Source of the DNA: Marsupella aquatica
Taxonomy: Eukaryota > Plantae > Marchantiophyta
DNA: 64,000 bases
Direction of reading: 5' to 3'
Assembly: GCA_973895155.1 (NCBI GenBank)
Contig: OZ316894.1
Location: forward strand, 10,819,874-10,883,873
Shown here: piece by piece, positions 62,501 to 64,000 of the stretch
Position numbering within the stretch: position 1 is the stretch's first letter
Layout of the letters: every line of letters starts with the position of its first letter
The notes under the pieces: model-generated
Databases searched by the model: none
What the model was told of the DNA's origin: nothing
Seen by the model: only the letters and a program-made list of their open reading frames with translations
Translations under genes and position numbers: made by a program

Positions 62501-64000
62501 GATGTACATGGTGTGGAGTTGCTCCAAGGCAGATTGCACTAGAAGCATTGATCAAAAGTTCAAGACAAGATGTGCTATGAGGCCTACCATAATAGCATGT
62601 AAATATTAGATAGTAGCAGACAGTTTGACCTGTTTTAGTTAGTAGCCAAGGACATTAGAGGACACTTCTGGGGCACCATTATTCACTTTGAATAACTCAC
62701 TTATGCAAATGGTCTCGTCTACATTACATCATTAATAACAGGACCACGCCCACATCATACATCAGAGATATTTCCAAGGTCAGATCAGCTACTGTACATG
62801 GCTAACCGCAGCAAAGTAGGAGATAAATACTGTGCAAATATCATATTCCATCAAATGTTTGGGAGGCTGTATCATCGGTTCAGCTACTCTGATAGGGGAC
62901 ATGGGATACACACCCACAGGTGGGTTTTGTAGGAGTAACATTATCCATTTTGGCAGAAGCTTTTGTCAATGCATATCATTGACAGTACAATCAGCCCAAG
63001 CGCACCCATCAACCATGAATGAATCTAACCAGTAGTACTTGCATCATGATGCCTACCTCTGAGAGTGTGATGAGACAACATTGAGCTTGAACAATAATGG
63101 TGAGCAGGCACAATGCCTTATTCAGTCCATCTTTGTTCACTTTTATTCACCATATTAACCTTTGCTAGACTTGACTTCTACAAAGACACCTTCCCCTTCC
63201 ATCCGTCCAAATTTTCCTTTGCCCAAACTAAGCTTAAATAGCCAGCTGGCTTTGGTCAGTTAGCCAGGGATGAGTCTAGAACTGGGGATGAGCCTAGAAC
63301 TCAAAGGTAGGCCCCTTGTAGTGTTTAGGGTTTACTACCTCAACAAAATAGCATGCTCCAGAGCTGAACATCTATCCTCTGCTGGATGGGTCTGCTTTCC
63401 ATTTACTTACACCACAACTGCACCTCACCTCTAAATAGGTTGGGGGTAAACCAGGAATAGGCTTGAGCTCCACAAAAGGTGGTGAGTGCTCATCTTTTAT
63501 GATAAGTACACTATTTGCCACTGGACAGCAATGAGTAGTGAGGCATGGATGGGACTTTTCAGAAGGGCAGAAGTGGTTTAATAGCAATAGGGCTGTGTAG
63601 TACTAGTAGTCAGGCGTCTCGTACACATACCAGAGAAATACTTTCAATCACAAGTTACCCCTGGCATATCACCAATATAGAAGTTTCCACTTCCAACTAA
63701 TGTAACGAGAACTTACTAAACGTCACACCTCCAGTGCATATGCCAGCACAATAATTTAGAAACTGACTTATCTAGGGTGCTACAATGACGTACTACCCTT
63801 CCGAGCTTTAAACTAGAGGATGAGGAGTGAGATATGTTTCTGGCCCTGGATCCTTCCAACCTAGAGTATGCATTTGATGATTATGACCAAAAATGCAACT
63901 GCTCACATAGTTTGTTGTGGGGACATCATTAGAATCCATCGCGAACTTCAGTTAATACCACGCCTTACACTTCGTTTGTTCCCAAACATGGTTACTTCGA

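Noticed and set aside
1-64000. RGF/CLE-type ligand gene or conserved miRNA/snRNA loci
   Set aside because: No ORF with a signal peptide plus DY...PxxN or CLE motif, and no recognisable miR156/529, 160, 166, 171, 319, 390, 408 or U-snRNA sequence was seen by eye. A spliced or short precursor could have been missed.

Overview
Eukaryotic land-plant genomic DNA. Gene style (long intron-containing UTRs, microsatellite-rich GC islands) suggests a bryophyte, probably a liverwort; this is inference. Three protein-coding genes are supported. (1) A 2-exon LRR receptor-like kinase of subfamily XI with the RxGG and RxR peptide-binding signatures of RGI/RGFR receptors (+, 8964-12746). (2) A 4-exon conserved, probably plastid-targeted protein missed as a unit by the ORF track (-, 17039-14939). 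(3) A class I LOB-domain (AS2/LOB-like) transcription factor (+, 43615-44295), flanked by about 26 kb upstream and at least 19 kb downstream without recognisable genes. Intergenic space is AT-rich and holds TE relics: solo LTRs of two families with TSDs, a 5'-truncated RLE-type non-LTR retroelement with an 11-bp TSD, LINE-like 3' ends, tRNA-derived SINE-like copies, a Copia integrase fragment, MITE-like elements and minisatellites. CpG-rich islands around the LBD gene look like distal regulatory modules. No rRNA, intact tRNA or CRISPR was seen, and I found no system I can claim as definitely new. All coordinates were read by eye.
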